DNA of 64,000 bases, taken from Fibrobacteria bacterium. GTDB taxonomy: Bacteria > Fibrobacterota > Fibrobacteria > UBA11236. The stretch spans positions 1 through 64,000 of the forward strand of contig JAYTSD010000050.1 in the NCBI GenBank assembly GCA_043745805.1, written 5' to 3'. The translations under genes were made by a program, and so were the position numbers. Every line of letters starts with the position of its first letter. Positions within the stretch are counted from its first letter, which is position 1. The notes below the pieces were generated by a model that was not told the origin of the DNA, searched no databases, and was given only the letters and a program-made list of their open reading frames with translations. Below, one piece after another: positions 18,971 through 27,490 of this stretch.

Positions 18971-19009
18971 TTATCTTGGCATTTAATTCATTACGTGTGA
19001 CTAACGAAG
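18970..19009. repeat. 40-bp exact duplicate of an internal segment of the antitoxin gene
   Basis: TTTATCTTGGCATTTAATTCATTACGTGTGACTAACGAAG = 16786-16825. Confidence 0.95.
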
Positions 19010-19249
19010 AATAGGTTTACTAATATCCCAGAGTACATCTGGGCAAAAATCAGCACCGTTGGGCCATTCAATCGAATTCCCAACGTCATTTATTTTCACC
19101 TGACTAAAATATCCCAATTGTGTCAATGGTTTAAAAACGCCATTACCTCCTACATAGTCTTTTAAATCGGCTACACGTATGTCACCATTTTTAAAGGTGA
19201 GTTCCACCGTATAGTTGCGCAAATATTGAACCGCTATAACTCGTTGCAT
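19001..19249 (-). CDS. DUF2442 family protein (antitoxin partner of DUF4160)
   Basis: NYTVELTFKNG...GVFKPL...SIEWPNGADFCPDVL. Confidence 0.9.
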   Translation of the reverse strand: MQRVIAVQYLRNYTVELTFKNGDIRVADLKDYVGGNGVFKPLTQLGYFSQVKINDVGNSIEWPNGADFCPDVLWDISKPILR

Positions 19250-19260
19250 AACTAGTCCTA

Positions 19261-19521
19261 TTAATCGAGGGGTTGAATTTTAAATAAAGGCTGTTGTAGG
19301 CGACAAAGCTCCCACTCTTTCATTAATTCATCCTTATGTAGCTCTGCCCAGTCTATTGTAAGCTCTAGTGCCCTTTTGGATAATTTTCCTTCAAGAACGG
19401 TTAAGTCGGCAATACTTATTAATGCCTCAAACTCTCCATATGTAGCATGAAAATGAGCCGGAGTATGATCATTGTAGAAAAACTGAATAATGATTCCGTA
19501 AAAGCGACAAATTTCTAGCAT
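19261..19521 (-). CDS. DUF4160 family protein (putative toxin)
   Basis: EICRFYGIIIQFFYNDHTPAHFHATYG...WAELHKDELM..W...KIQPL. Confidence 0.92.
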   Translation of the reverse strand: MLEICRFYGIIIQFFYNDHTPAHFHATYGEFEALISIADLTVLEGKLSKRALELTIDWAELHKDELMKEWELCRLQQPLFKIQPLD

Positions 19522-19570
19522 GGTATTACTTACTCATTCTGATTTACTATTAATTTAATAGATGTGACCT

Positions 19571-19655
19571 TGTAATAGCTCCCCGTTCGAAATAACATCA
19601 TACTTCGAACCTAATTAACCCTAGCCACAAAACTGTACTAATTTAGCAGCTTTCC
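19571..19655. repeat. Diverged partial island repeat copy D
   Basis: TGTAATAGCTCCCC...ATCATACTTCGAACCTAATTAA...CAAAACTGTACTAATTTAGCAGCTT aligns with the first ~75 bp of copies A/B. Confidence 0.85.
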
Positions 19656-19674
19656 TTCCCAATTGCAAAATTCG

Positions 19675-19730
19675 GTAAGATCCCCCCATCGGACTTAGGT
19701 GGGCCAGCAGTAACATTAACTGGTTATCCT
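19675..19730 (+). mobile_element. Possible isolated IS (IS3-like) terminal inverted repeat
   Basis: GTAAGATCCCCC...GGTGGGCCAGCAGTAACATTAACTGG resembles IS ends from memory; no transposase follows. Confidence 0.35.
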
Positions 19731-20266
19731 GTTTGGTTTCAACAGGGAAGCGTTTGTCCTAATAAAAAAAGAGCGGAATCGCTGGGTCGCATGATTTCTG
19801 GGCTAATCTAAAATTCTTATCATTTTAATGAGCAGACTCAAATTGTGATATATTTCAAGGACTGGCGCAGTGCCAATAAATATTCAAAGCAGCTAACTCT
19901 GGATTGGTATTTGCCTATTTTCGAATAGTTGGTTGCGAAATCTTTATTATTAGACAGGGAATGCGGATACTTTATAACCGTTTTTATAACTCATTGAAGC
20001 AAGTTGCAAACAAGTTGAATGATCCATCTTTTAATGGAATAGATGAGGATAATGTTTTTTTCCTAAAATACTGCGCTAAAATTCTAGGTAGCTCAAAGCG
20101 GAGAGATTAAAGCTAACGATCCCAATAGTATCAAGGACTTTGGGCTTGTATAAAAAAGCAAGATTTGGTTTATTTGGCTTTTTATTTATTGTATAATGAG
20201 GATTCATGAAATTCAGATATCAGTAGTGGAGATAATTTTTTTGCGAATAAAGCGTTTATCTTTTAA

Positions 20267-21295
20267 ATGATGGAAGAAGAAAACCCCTGGATTTTAAAGG
20301 CTGAGGAATTGCATGAATGCCCTTATTTCCGTGTGGGTGATGCCTTACATGTGCATATGCCGGGCGTGCAAGGTCATGCTTTATGTACTATGCCTTTAGT
20401 AACCTTTTTGCCAATAGCTTTAGGTGAGGGTAATTCCGAGGCTGGAACATTTGAGTCGGGATATAAGCATTGCGCTTGCCGTTGGAGCTATGTTCATCCC
20501 GAAGCAGAACCTAGCACCGTTACTGGTTTTGAAAGTCTTTTAGCACAAAGCGAAAATGCGCATCTTCCCTTTTTTGATCAATTGCCCGAGTCCTTAGTGA
20601 AGGCTTTATTAACAAAATCACCTATCGAAACATATTCCGCGAATGCTGTGATATTACAAAATGGGATTCAAACCGAGTTTTTTTATATCCTGAAATCGGG
20701 TAAAGCCCGCGTATGTAATCGCGGACAAGACGGACGGTTATTTGGTATTTATAGTTTGAATCCGGGGGAATGTTTTGGAGAAATGTCCTTGCTTTCGGGT
20801 ACGGTAACCAGTAATAGTGTGGATGCCATAGAAATTTCTGAGGTTTGCAAGTTACCCAAAAAAGAATTTTTTCGATTACTGGCAGCTTTTCCTGCTTTGG
20901 GCCTCGTACTATATCGCAAGCTTGCGGAGCGCATTCGTGTCAGCAATGATAAAATGGTACAAATGATGTTACCGGGTATTTCGGGCGATTTGCAAATATT
21001 TAATTTTGTGGATTTGGTACAAACTCTTTCTAGCAGCGGTATGTCGGGTATGTTACGGATATCTAATGCCAATGAGCGCAGCGAATTCGGTTTTAAAGAA
21101 GGTAAAATGGTTTATGCGGCTACGGGGAATTTAAGTGGAGATGAGGCGGTAACCGAGGTGGTACGCTGGACTAAAGGCTCATTTCGTTTCCATAGCCAAG
21201 AAAACCCTCCGACCATGAATTTAGCGGGTGATACCTTAGCCATAATTTTGGAAGCGATTCGATTATTAGATGAAGCTTTAGCAGCCGAAGGTTAG
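20267..21295 (+). CDS. cNMP-binding domain + DUF4388 protein with Cys-containing N-terminus
   Basis: LNPGECFGEMSLL cNMP motif; GISGDLQIFNFVDLVQTL...GMLRI...WTKGSFRF (DUF4388). Confidence 0.85.
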   Translation: MMEEENPWILKAEELHECPYFRVGDALHVHMPGVQGHALCTMPLVTFLPIALGEGNSEAGTFESGYKHCACRWSYVHPEAEPSTVTGFESLLAQSENAHLPFFDQLPESLVKALLTKSPIETYSANAVILQNGIQTEFFYILKSGKARVCNRGQDGRLFGIYSLNPGECFGEMSLLSGTVTSNSVDAIEISEVCKLPKKEFFRLLAAFPALGLVLYRKLAERIRVSNDKMVQMMLPGISGDLQIFNFVDLVQTLSSSGMSGMLRISNANERSEFGFKEGKMVYAATGNLSGDEAVTEVVRWTKGSFRFHSQENPPTMNLAGDTLAIILEAIRLLDEALAAEG

Positions 21296-21332
21296 CTCAA
21301 CACAATCGGTGTATTGAGCTAAGTGAATAATT

Positions 21333-22445
21333 TTAAATATCCATTTCGATTTTGATTTTATGAAAGCTGCGAATATCTTCGCCCGGCTGTGAACCCATTT
21401 CTTCAGCTGTATACGTATAGCTGATATAAGCAAAATAACCAAATCGCACTCCGCAAGTTGGATAGCCATCGTTTAAACCCAGACTAAAATTAGCTATGGC
21501 TCTTTTGCCGATATAACTTTCCACTGCACCACCGAGTTTAAGATGCTTAAACCAAGGAATGCCAGGGATTAAAAAGTGATCATAGTCAATATTGACTAAA
21601 CCTTTTTGTTTTAAGCCAGGTAACAAATCAAAATAATTTTGATAAGTAAAACCTATATCAATAGACGGTTTCATAAGCTCGGAATCCATAATGGTGGGGA
21701 AATCAATAAAACTCACACCGGCATTCCATTGCTCATTGATTTTTTTGGTGACACCCAAATTCGCCCCCACACCTTGTTCTATATGTGAAACTTTATCGGC
21801 CACTTGCACTTTATCTAACAGGTCGCTAAAAGTTTTGTTGGGTTTTTCTAAGGTGGTTTTAATTTTGTAAAAATCTTCATCGGTTGTTCCTAAAAGACGA
21901 CGAGGATAATCACGGCGATAAACATATTTTAAGGCTAATCCAAAATTATAACCATTCGGACCATCTAATCCCTTGCCCACAGTAACAATTCTATCAAAAC
22001 GTACGCCTACGCCAGGAACAGCGGTGACTACGGCCTTTCCAATGGTGAGTTCATAGTGCAAATCTTCGACGATTGCAAAAGAATAATTTTGTACTTGGCC
22101 ACTTAATACAAAAGCCTGTTGAAAAGGGGCCCATTTATTATCCACGGTATGATCGAGATGCGCAATTAAGGAATCAATTTGACTGATGAATTTTGCATTG
22201 TCCGCTGCCCAAGTGGCATAGTCAAGCAGTACCGAATTTAAACCTAAATTAGCGGATAGGTCAAATTTAAATTTGGGTTGATCACCGGCTAAACGTGCCG
22301 GATTGATAAATAAAGAGCTGTAACCTTCCGTGGACGCTACACCCGTATTACCCATCGATTCGGAATAATCTCCCCGGTAGGTGGGGCCATTCTCGCCAAA
22401 GCTAAGTGATACAATGGCCAATGCAAAAACGAGTGCTAATTTCAT
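21333..22445 (-). CDS. Outer-membrane beta-barrel protein (TraF_2/FadL-like)
   Basis: Signal peptide, SMGNTGVA...SLFINPARL N-terminal motif, amphipathic strands, GLNDGYPTCG...EEMG. Confidence 0.65.
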   Translation of the reverse strand: MKLALVFALAIVSLSFGENGPTYRGDYSESMGNTGVASTEGYSSLFINPARLAGDQPKFKFDLSANLGLNSVLLDYATWAADNAKFISQIDSLIAHLDHTVDNKWAPFQQAFVLSGQVQNYSFAIVEDLHYELTIGKAVVTAVPGVGVRFDRIVTVGKGLDGPNGYNFGLALKYVYRRDYPRRLLGTTDEDFYKIKTTLEKPNKTFSDLLDKVQVADKVSHIEQGVGANLGVTKKINEQWNAGVSFIDFPTIMDSELMKPSIDIGFTYQNYFDLLPGLKQKGLVNIDYDHFLIPGIPWFKHLKLGGAVESYIGKRAIANFSLGLNDGYPTCGVRFGYFAYISYTYTAEEMGSQPGEDIRSFHKIKIEMDI

Positions 22446-24442
22446 TTCAAGTCCTCATCAATCCAGCCATCGCCGTCATTATCAATACCATCCAAAATTT
22501 CTTCATCTACTCCATACACTCCCGAAGTCCATTCAGAACGAATGGGGCGAGGGAGTGCCCAAATATGCTTTACGCTACAGGCGATAACTTTATCTATTTC
22601 AGAATAACCCTTCGCTTGTAAATAGGCAGGATTAAGTTTGTTCATGTCATCCATACAAGTGGCATTCGAGGCACCATCAATTAAGGCTGCGTAGTAGATA
22701 GGTAAGGAATCCATTTTTGTAGGATCATGGGCCAAGTACAAACGATGCTCCAAAGTTCCCATACAAAATTTGCGTGGGTCATTAGAATCTAAAGGAATGC
22801 TGGTATCGATGTCGATACAGGAGTTTTTATGTCCCGGCATATCGGTCCAAGCCATTGGGGTGACTCCGATAGAAAGCATATCTACACTTAAAGCGCCATC
22901 ATTATCGTCGTCATAACCGCGTAAATTGCGGCCATCTTCATCTTTAATGCCATCCATATCATTATCTATTTCATCAATGGCTTCTTCATCTATTCCATAA
23001 GCGCCGCTTATCCAATCACTACGAGTGGGAGGGTTAATATCAGGCAAAGGAATAGTCGTATAGGTGGAACAAATGGCATTGTGCAAGGTATTTCGCAAGG
23101 TGCCGTCTATACCCGAACCATCAGGTAACTTATCCGCTACCTCTTGACAATGTTTTATCATAAGCGCAATGCGTGAATTTTTCGAGGTATCCTCCTTCAA
23201 TTCAGCATAGCGGTTTTTTAACTCGGCTATGGTAACATAAAAGCCTTTAACATCATTGCGATGGAGATAACGATGTAAAGGATGCCCTAAATTTCCCGCA
23301 TAGGCAGGAAAGGGTTGGATGGACTCAAAATAGTCATAACGAATAAAACCATCCTTATCAAAATCATGCCAGCGCATGGGGCTTACTGTTCCTGGTGGAA
23401 TTTGATTATCAAAATCATTATCAATGCCATCATTGTATTTCATATAGCCCAAGAACTTATCTAAATCTCTTACGCTACTTACGACTCCATTGAGCTGTCC
23501 GGCAATTTTTGTTTCCTTATGAGCGGTTAACGCATTATCTACGGAATCCAAATTATGGTTTGAGCCAGCAATTGGGCCATGCATGGCGGCTAAGAAGGCA
23601 TTAATATCATTGGGATTGGAGCTGACATTTCGTGCATTGACGCCATCGCTACTGATATTATTAATGTCGATACCTTCGGTTAATTTTTTGAAATTTCTAA
23701 AACGTTTTACTTCGCTTGATAAGCCTTCTGTGCACATATCGGTATAGGACTTTTTAGTATAACAGGCTGCATCGGAAATATTCGGACAAATATTCATGCC
23801 GCAAGCAGAGTCAATATGATCGTTATGATCCAAATCTAGGGGCGCTAACATGCCTTTAATCGCTTGTAATAAGCCTAAGTCAAGCCGTGCAACGCCTTGT
23901 GTGACTGCGCCATCGGTAGCAGTATCTTTTTTTGGAGGCAAAAAGGCTTCATGGCCAGCAAACCATATAGTATCAGTGCTGTGGCGAATAATATATTCTA
24001 AATCGCGCACGGCAGTTGCAATCGGATAATAAACACTATCGATTTGATCGACGGTTTTACGCGTGGAATCTAAGAAGGGAATACCTTTTTGACCTCCAGA
24101 ATCATTGGCTCCTTTTTTCTTATTAAACTCGCGGTTTAAATAATTATAATCAATACCATATTGACTCATAACCGCTTTGCCATCTTTTAAATAGGCTTCG
24201 GTGCCCTCTACATTAATGGATATGGCTTTGCGATAATAGGATATGGCTTTGGGATATTGCCCCTTGTTAACGGCAGCATCCCCTTTGGCAATTAAACTTT
24301 GATAATTCAAATCTTCGGTTTTTGAAGAAGCAAAAGGCGCAAAAAAATTACAGCCCGCTAACATACTAACTGCTACCATGCCGGATAAAATTGCTATCCA
24401 ATTTGCATAAAGCCTATTTTTTGGCCGAATAAATGTCTGCAT
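22442..24442 (-). CDS. Lipoprotein with TPR and acidic DxDNDxDG Ca-binding-type repeats
   Basis: Lipobox LAGC; TPR; DGIDNDFD, EIDNDMDGIKDED, DDDNDG, DGIDNDGDGWIDED. Confidence 0.8.
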   Translation of the reverse strand: MQTFIRPKNRLYANWIAILSGMVAVSMLAGCNFFAPFASSKTEDLNYQSLIAKGDAAVNKGQYPKAISYYRKAISINVEGTEAYLKDGKAVMSQYGIDYNYLNREFNKKKGANDSGGQKGIPFLDSTRKTVDQIDSVYYPIATAVRDLEYIIRHSTDTIWFAGHEAFLPPKKDTATDGAVTQGVARLDLGLLQAIKGMLAPLDLDHNDHIDSACGMNICPNISDAACYTKKSYTDMCTEGLSSEVKRFRNFKKLTEGIDINNISSDGVNARNVSSNPNDINAFLAAMHGPIAGSNHNLDSVDNALTAHKETKIAGQLNGVVSSVRDLDKFLGYMKYNDGIDNDFDNQIPPGTVSPMRWHDFDKDGFIRYDYFESIQPFPAYAGNLGHPLHRYLHRNDVKGFYVTIAELKNRYAELKEDTSKNSRIALMIKHCQEVADKLPDGSGIDGTLRNTLHNAICSTYTTIPLPDINPPTRSDWISGAYGIDEEAIDEIDNDMDGIKDEDGRNLRGYDDDNDGALSVDMLSIGVTPMAWTDMPGHKNSCIDIDTSIPLDSNDPRKFCMGTLEHRLYLAHDPTKMDSLPIYYAALIDGASNATCMDDMNKLNPAYLQAKGYSEIDKVIACSVKHIWALPRPIRSEWTSGVYGVDEEILDGIDNDGDGWIDEDLK

Positions 24443-24713
24443 GCTACCCTCAATTCAAGGAAAAAATCTGGAAATCACCGAGAAAAAACCGGTGATACTT
24501 AAGGAGTCTAGGGAATTGATGAAGTGAAAATTCCCTAATCATTTTACGTTTTTAGCTAAGGTATGTCCAGCAGCCTTAAAAAACCCGAAAAAAATGGATA
24601 ATTATTCGGGAATTTCTAAAAAAAATGAACTAAAGGGTACGTTAAAACAATTAAGGAATGACTTTTTGCAAAAAGCAGTGGAATTATGCCCTAACCGCCC
24701 CCTATAATGAAGC

Positions 24714-24866
24714 ATGCTAGTTTTTATTGCGTCCGTATTCATGATAGGCTTCTTACTTTTTTTCATTGGTTTCTCAGTGTTTATGCACTTTGAACAAAGA
24801 AAGTTTGGGGATAATCAATTTACCATGAAGCTGCTTCCGCCACCTATTCATACGCCGCATTTATAA
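24714..24866 (+). CDS. Putative small (50 aa) single-TM protein, below the ORF-track cutoff
   Basis: MLVFIASVFMIGFLLFFIGFSVFMHFEQRK...PHL*; TATAAT at 24703-24708. Confidence 0.4.
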   Translation: MLVFIASVFMIGFLLFFIGFSVFMHFEQRKFGDNQFTMKLLPPPIHTPHL

Positions 24867-24992
24867 GCCATTCGCCTAAATAAGAGGCGATTACTATCTG
24901 TGAATACTCTGAATAAGTTGTATAAATCTTTTAATTGCTTAACTAATACCTTGTCATAAACAGATGGGCTTTTTAAATTAGCACCGCAACGA

Positions 24993-25069
24993 GGTGGATG
25001 TAGCTCAGTTGGTAGAGCAGCGGTTTGTGGTACCGCTGGTCGTGGGTTCAAGCCCCATCATTCACCCCA
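24993..25069 (+). tRNA. tRNA-His (GTG)
   Basis: Cloverleaf with encoded G-1, acceptor GTGGATG/CATTCAC, anticodon loop TTGTGGT, GGTTCAA T-loop, C discriminator + CCA. Confidence 0.97.
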
Positions 25070-25144
25070 TTTTTTACGTAAGACTCTAAAAACTCCCTCT
25101 TACAACATTAATTGATAGCCCTAGGCAACAAAAATCCGTCTTAT

Positions 25145-26359
25145 ATGCAAAACACAAATAAAAAAAGAAATCTCTGGATTATTATAAGTATAACTGTACT
25201 GAATGCTATCGGAATGACTATCGTCCTTCCACTCTTCCCATTTCTCTTAGAAAAATATGTAGCTGCTACAAATATCGCAATTGTCATGAGCACCCTCGTG
25301 TCTGTCTTTGCGGTATGTACATTCTTTGCTGCACCAGTCTTCGGAGCACTCAGTGACCGACATGGACGGAAATCAATTTTGCTTATCAGCCTACTTGGAT
25401 CAGCTATAGGATATGTACTACTCGGCATCGGTGGATCACTTTGGGTACTCTTCCTCGGAAGAGTAATTGATGGACTTACAGCAGGAAATCAAAGCGCACT
25501 GTTTGCGTATATCACTGACAGTACCGAACCTCATGAAAGAGGTAAATGGTTTGGGTATCTTGGTGGAGCAATTGGCCTTGGATTTATGATTGGCCCCGCA
25601 ATTGGAGGAGTACTTGGGTCGATTTCTATTACTTTACCCTTCTTTATCACAGCGGGGATAACTCTGGTATCAATGCTCTGCATCTCACTACTTTTACCAG
25701 AGTCCCTGGCGGTAGAAAAACGTACCACACATCTTACCCTTAAAAGTGTTAACACATTTTTTCATTTCAAAGAAGTTTTTTCTTGGAAAGAGGCTCGAGC
25801 ATTATTCTTTATGGGTGCATTTTTTTATGTTGGACTCAATATATGGCAATTCAATGCAAGTATTTTTCTGAAAGATGTATTCATGTGGGGACCATCATTT
25901 ATAGGTGGAGTCTTTGTACTTGTTGGAATCTGTGACATACTTTCTAGGGTAATTATATTACCACAACTTTTGAAGATTTGGAATGAGCGAACCGTCGGTA
26001 TCATTGGCTTGTGTGGACTCGTATTTGGCCTTGGGCTTATATTCTTAAGTGCATTTATTCCCTCCACATTTCTTATCATTGCAGCTGTTGCATGCATTGT
26101 ACTGGGTGAAGGTTTATTTGATCCTTCGTATAATGCACGACTCTCTTTGTCGGTTGATGAACGTAAGCAAGGGCTGTTACAAGGAACAAATCAAAGCCTG
26201 CAAGCTTTATACCATGTGATTGTTCCGCTCGGAGCTGGCGCTATTTATACCTACAGCCACGGTGCGGTTTTTGGAATTGCCTCGCTCCTCATGATTTGCG
26301 GGTTGGCTATGTTTACAAAATTGAAAACAAAAACAGCTATTGCCGAGTACGAGAAATAA
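25145..26359 (+). CDS. MFS DHA1/TCR-Tet family efflux transporter
   Basis: About 12 TMs; GALSDRHGRKS motif A, LFLGRVIDG, GFMIGPAIGG motif C. Confidence 0.9.
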   Translation: MQNTNKKRNLWIIISITVLNAIGMTIVLPLFPFLLEKYVAATNIAIVMSTLVSVFAVCTFFAAPVFGALSDRHGRKSILLISLLGSAIGYVLLGIGGSLWVLFLGRVIDGLTAGNQSALFAYITDSTEPHERGKWFGYLGGAIGLGFMIGPAIGGVLGSISITLPFFITAGITLVSMLCISLLLPESLAVEKRTTHLTLKSVNTFFHFKEVFSWKEARALFFMGAFFYVGLNIWQFNASIFLKDVFMWGPSFIGGVFVLVGICDILSRVIILPQLLKIWNERTVGIIGLCGLVFGLGLIFLSAFIPSTFLIIAAVACIVLGEGLFDPSYNARLSLSVDERKQGLLQGTNQSLQALYHVIVPLGAGAIYTYSHGAVFGIASLLMICGLAMFTKLKTKTAIAEYEK

Positions 26360-26434
26360 CGGTTCAAACGATTTTCCATCATAGGGCAAGGAACCAAGTT
26401 TAATACCCAATGGATGCATAGAAAAATGCGAAAA

Positions 26435-26458
26435 GCGTAACATGCAATAATGTTACGC
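26435..26458. terminator. Hairpin between convergent genes
   Basis: GCGTAACAT-N6-ATGTTACGC. Confidence 0.45.
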
Positions 26459-26468
26459 CATGAAAAGC

Positions 26469-27041
26469 CTAACGGTTTATTTTTATTGTATTTTTTGGCA
26501 GCGTTCCATTAATCAAACATTGGCATTTTTCGATTTCAAAATTCTTGGCCTGAGTAGGAATAAAGGAAAGAGTTTTTTCTGCAGATTTTTTGTTTTTAAC
26601 AATTCCACTACCCCCAACTAAGGTAACCTTTACGTCAATGGAATCTTTGCCATATTTACTAGTAGCAATAAGTTTAAAAGTATAGATGCCTGGCGTAGGG
26701 CCATTAACACTCATGACAGCAATACTAGTCATGGGACAACTTTGGCTAATAGAAATTATCTCGGGAAGGTTTCTGGTGGTTAAATCAACCCAAACAAAAG
26801 GAGGAAAGGCTAAAGTGTGATCCGTGAATTTACCAGTGGTGTCTACGAATTCAAAAGTTTTATTGATTTTTGCGGAATCAAAATTAGGAATATGTGTTTT
26901 CAACATATAATCTACGCTATCTTGAGGAAAATAATCTTCCGCACATGGTGCAGGAACGCGTGGCTGAGTAGCCATGGCGATACCTAAGCCCAGCAAAGTG
27001 AGAAATGATATTTTGGAGAAAATTTTTTTGCTTATTTTCAT
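26469..27041 (-). CDS. Secreted hypothetical protein
   Basis: Signal peptide, Ig-like beta strands, short C-terminal tail. Confidence 0.65.
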   Translation of the reverse strand: MKISKKIFSKISFLTLLGLGIAMATQPRVPAPCAEDYFPQDSVDYMLKTHIPNFDSAKINKTFEFVDTTGKFTDHTLAFPPFVWVDLTTRNLPEIISISQSCPMTSIAVMSVNGPTPGIYTFKLIATSKYGKDSIDVKVTLVGGSGIVKNKKSAEKTLSFIPTQAKNFEIEKCQCLINGTLPKNTIKINR

Positions 27042-27490
27042 TTTTAACCTTAATTATTTAAAAACAATTTTTGTTTGAATAACAGAGTCAATTTTTCCAG
27101 AGTTTTCACCCTATGAAATGTTCTCAGATTTTAGATTCTGAAAAGAATCAGTCCTTGTTTAAAATAGGCATGTATGATTTTATTGCCAGCCCTTTTTTTA
27201 TCTCCGGTACTAAAGCACGTGCGAACAGAAAAATTTTCTGCTTTGGCCACGAAGTTGACTAAGAAAGGTTTATAACCCATCTTACCACATAAACGTGGGG
27301 ACGAATAAAGCGTTAAATATTGTTTTAAAGCTATTCCTTGCCATTTTTTACTTCATATTACTCAATATGCCCTTGTAAATAAAGCGAATAGGCCAGCCTG
27401 AGATTTTTTTTCGCGGTAAATTTAGGCTATTCCTAGGAGAGTACTGAGTTTTAGAGACTTGATTTAAGCCTGTTTTTGGCGAGGGACAAT

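Noticed and set aside
16279..19655. Island repeats as a CRISPR array
   Set aside because: Units are about 60-260 bp, separated by kb-sized genes; no regular short repeat-spacer period and no cas genes.
16279..19655. Island repeats as integron attC sites
   Set aside because: No consistent RYYYAAC...GTTRRRY boundaries, mixed gene orientation, and no intI in the window.
19800..20200. ORF 19904-20110 and neighbouring fragments
   Set aside because: No recognisable motif; probably decayed sequence, and no call can be supported.
24848..25051. 67-aa minus-strand ORF
   Set aside because: Shadow of tRNA-His.
25040..25069. attR duplicate of the tRNA-His 3' end defining an integrated element
   Set aside because: No second copy noticed in the window and no integrase.
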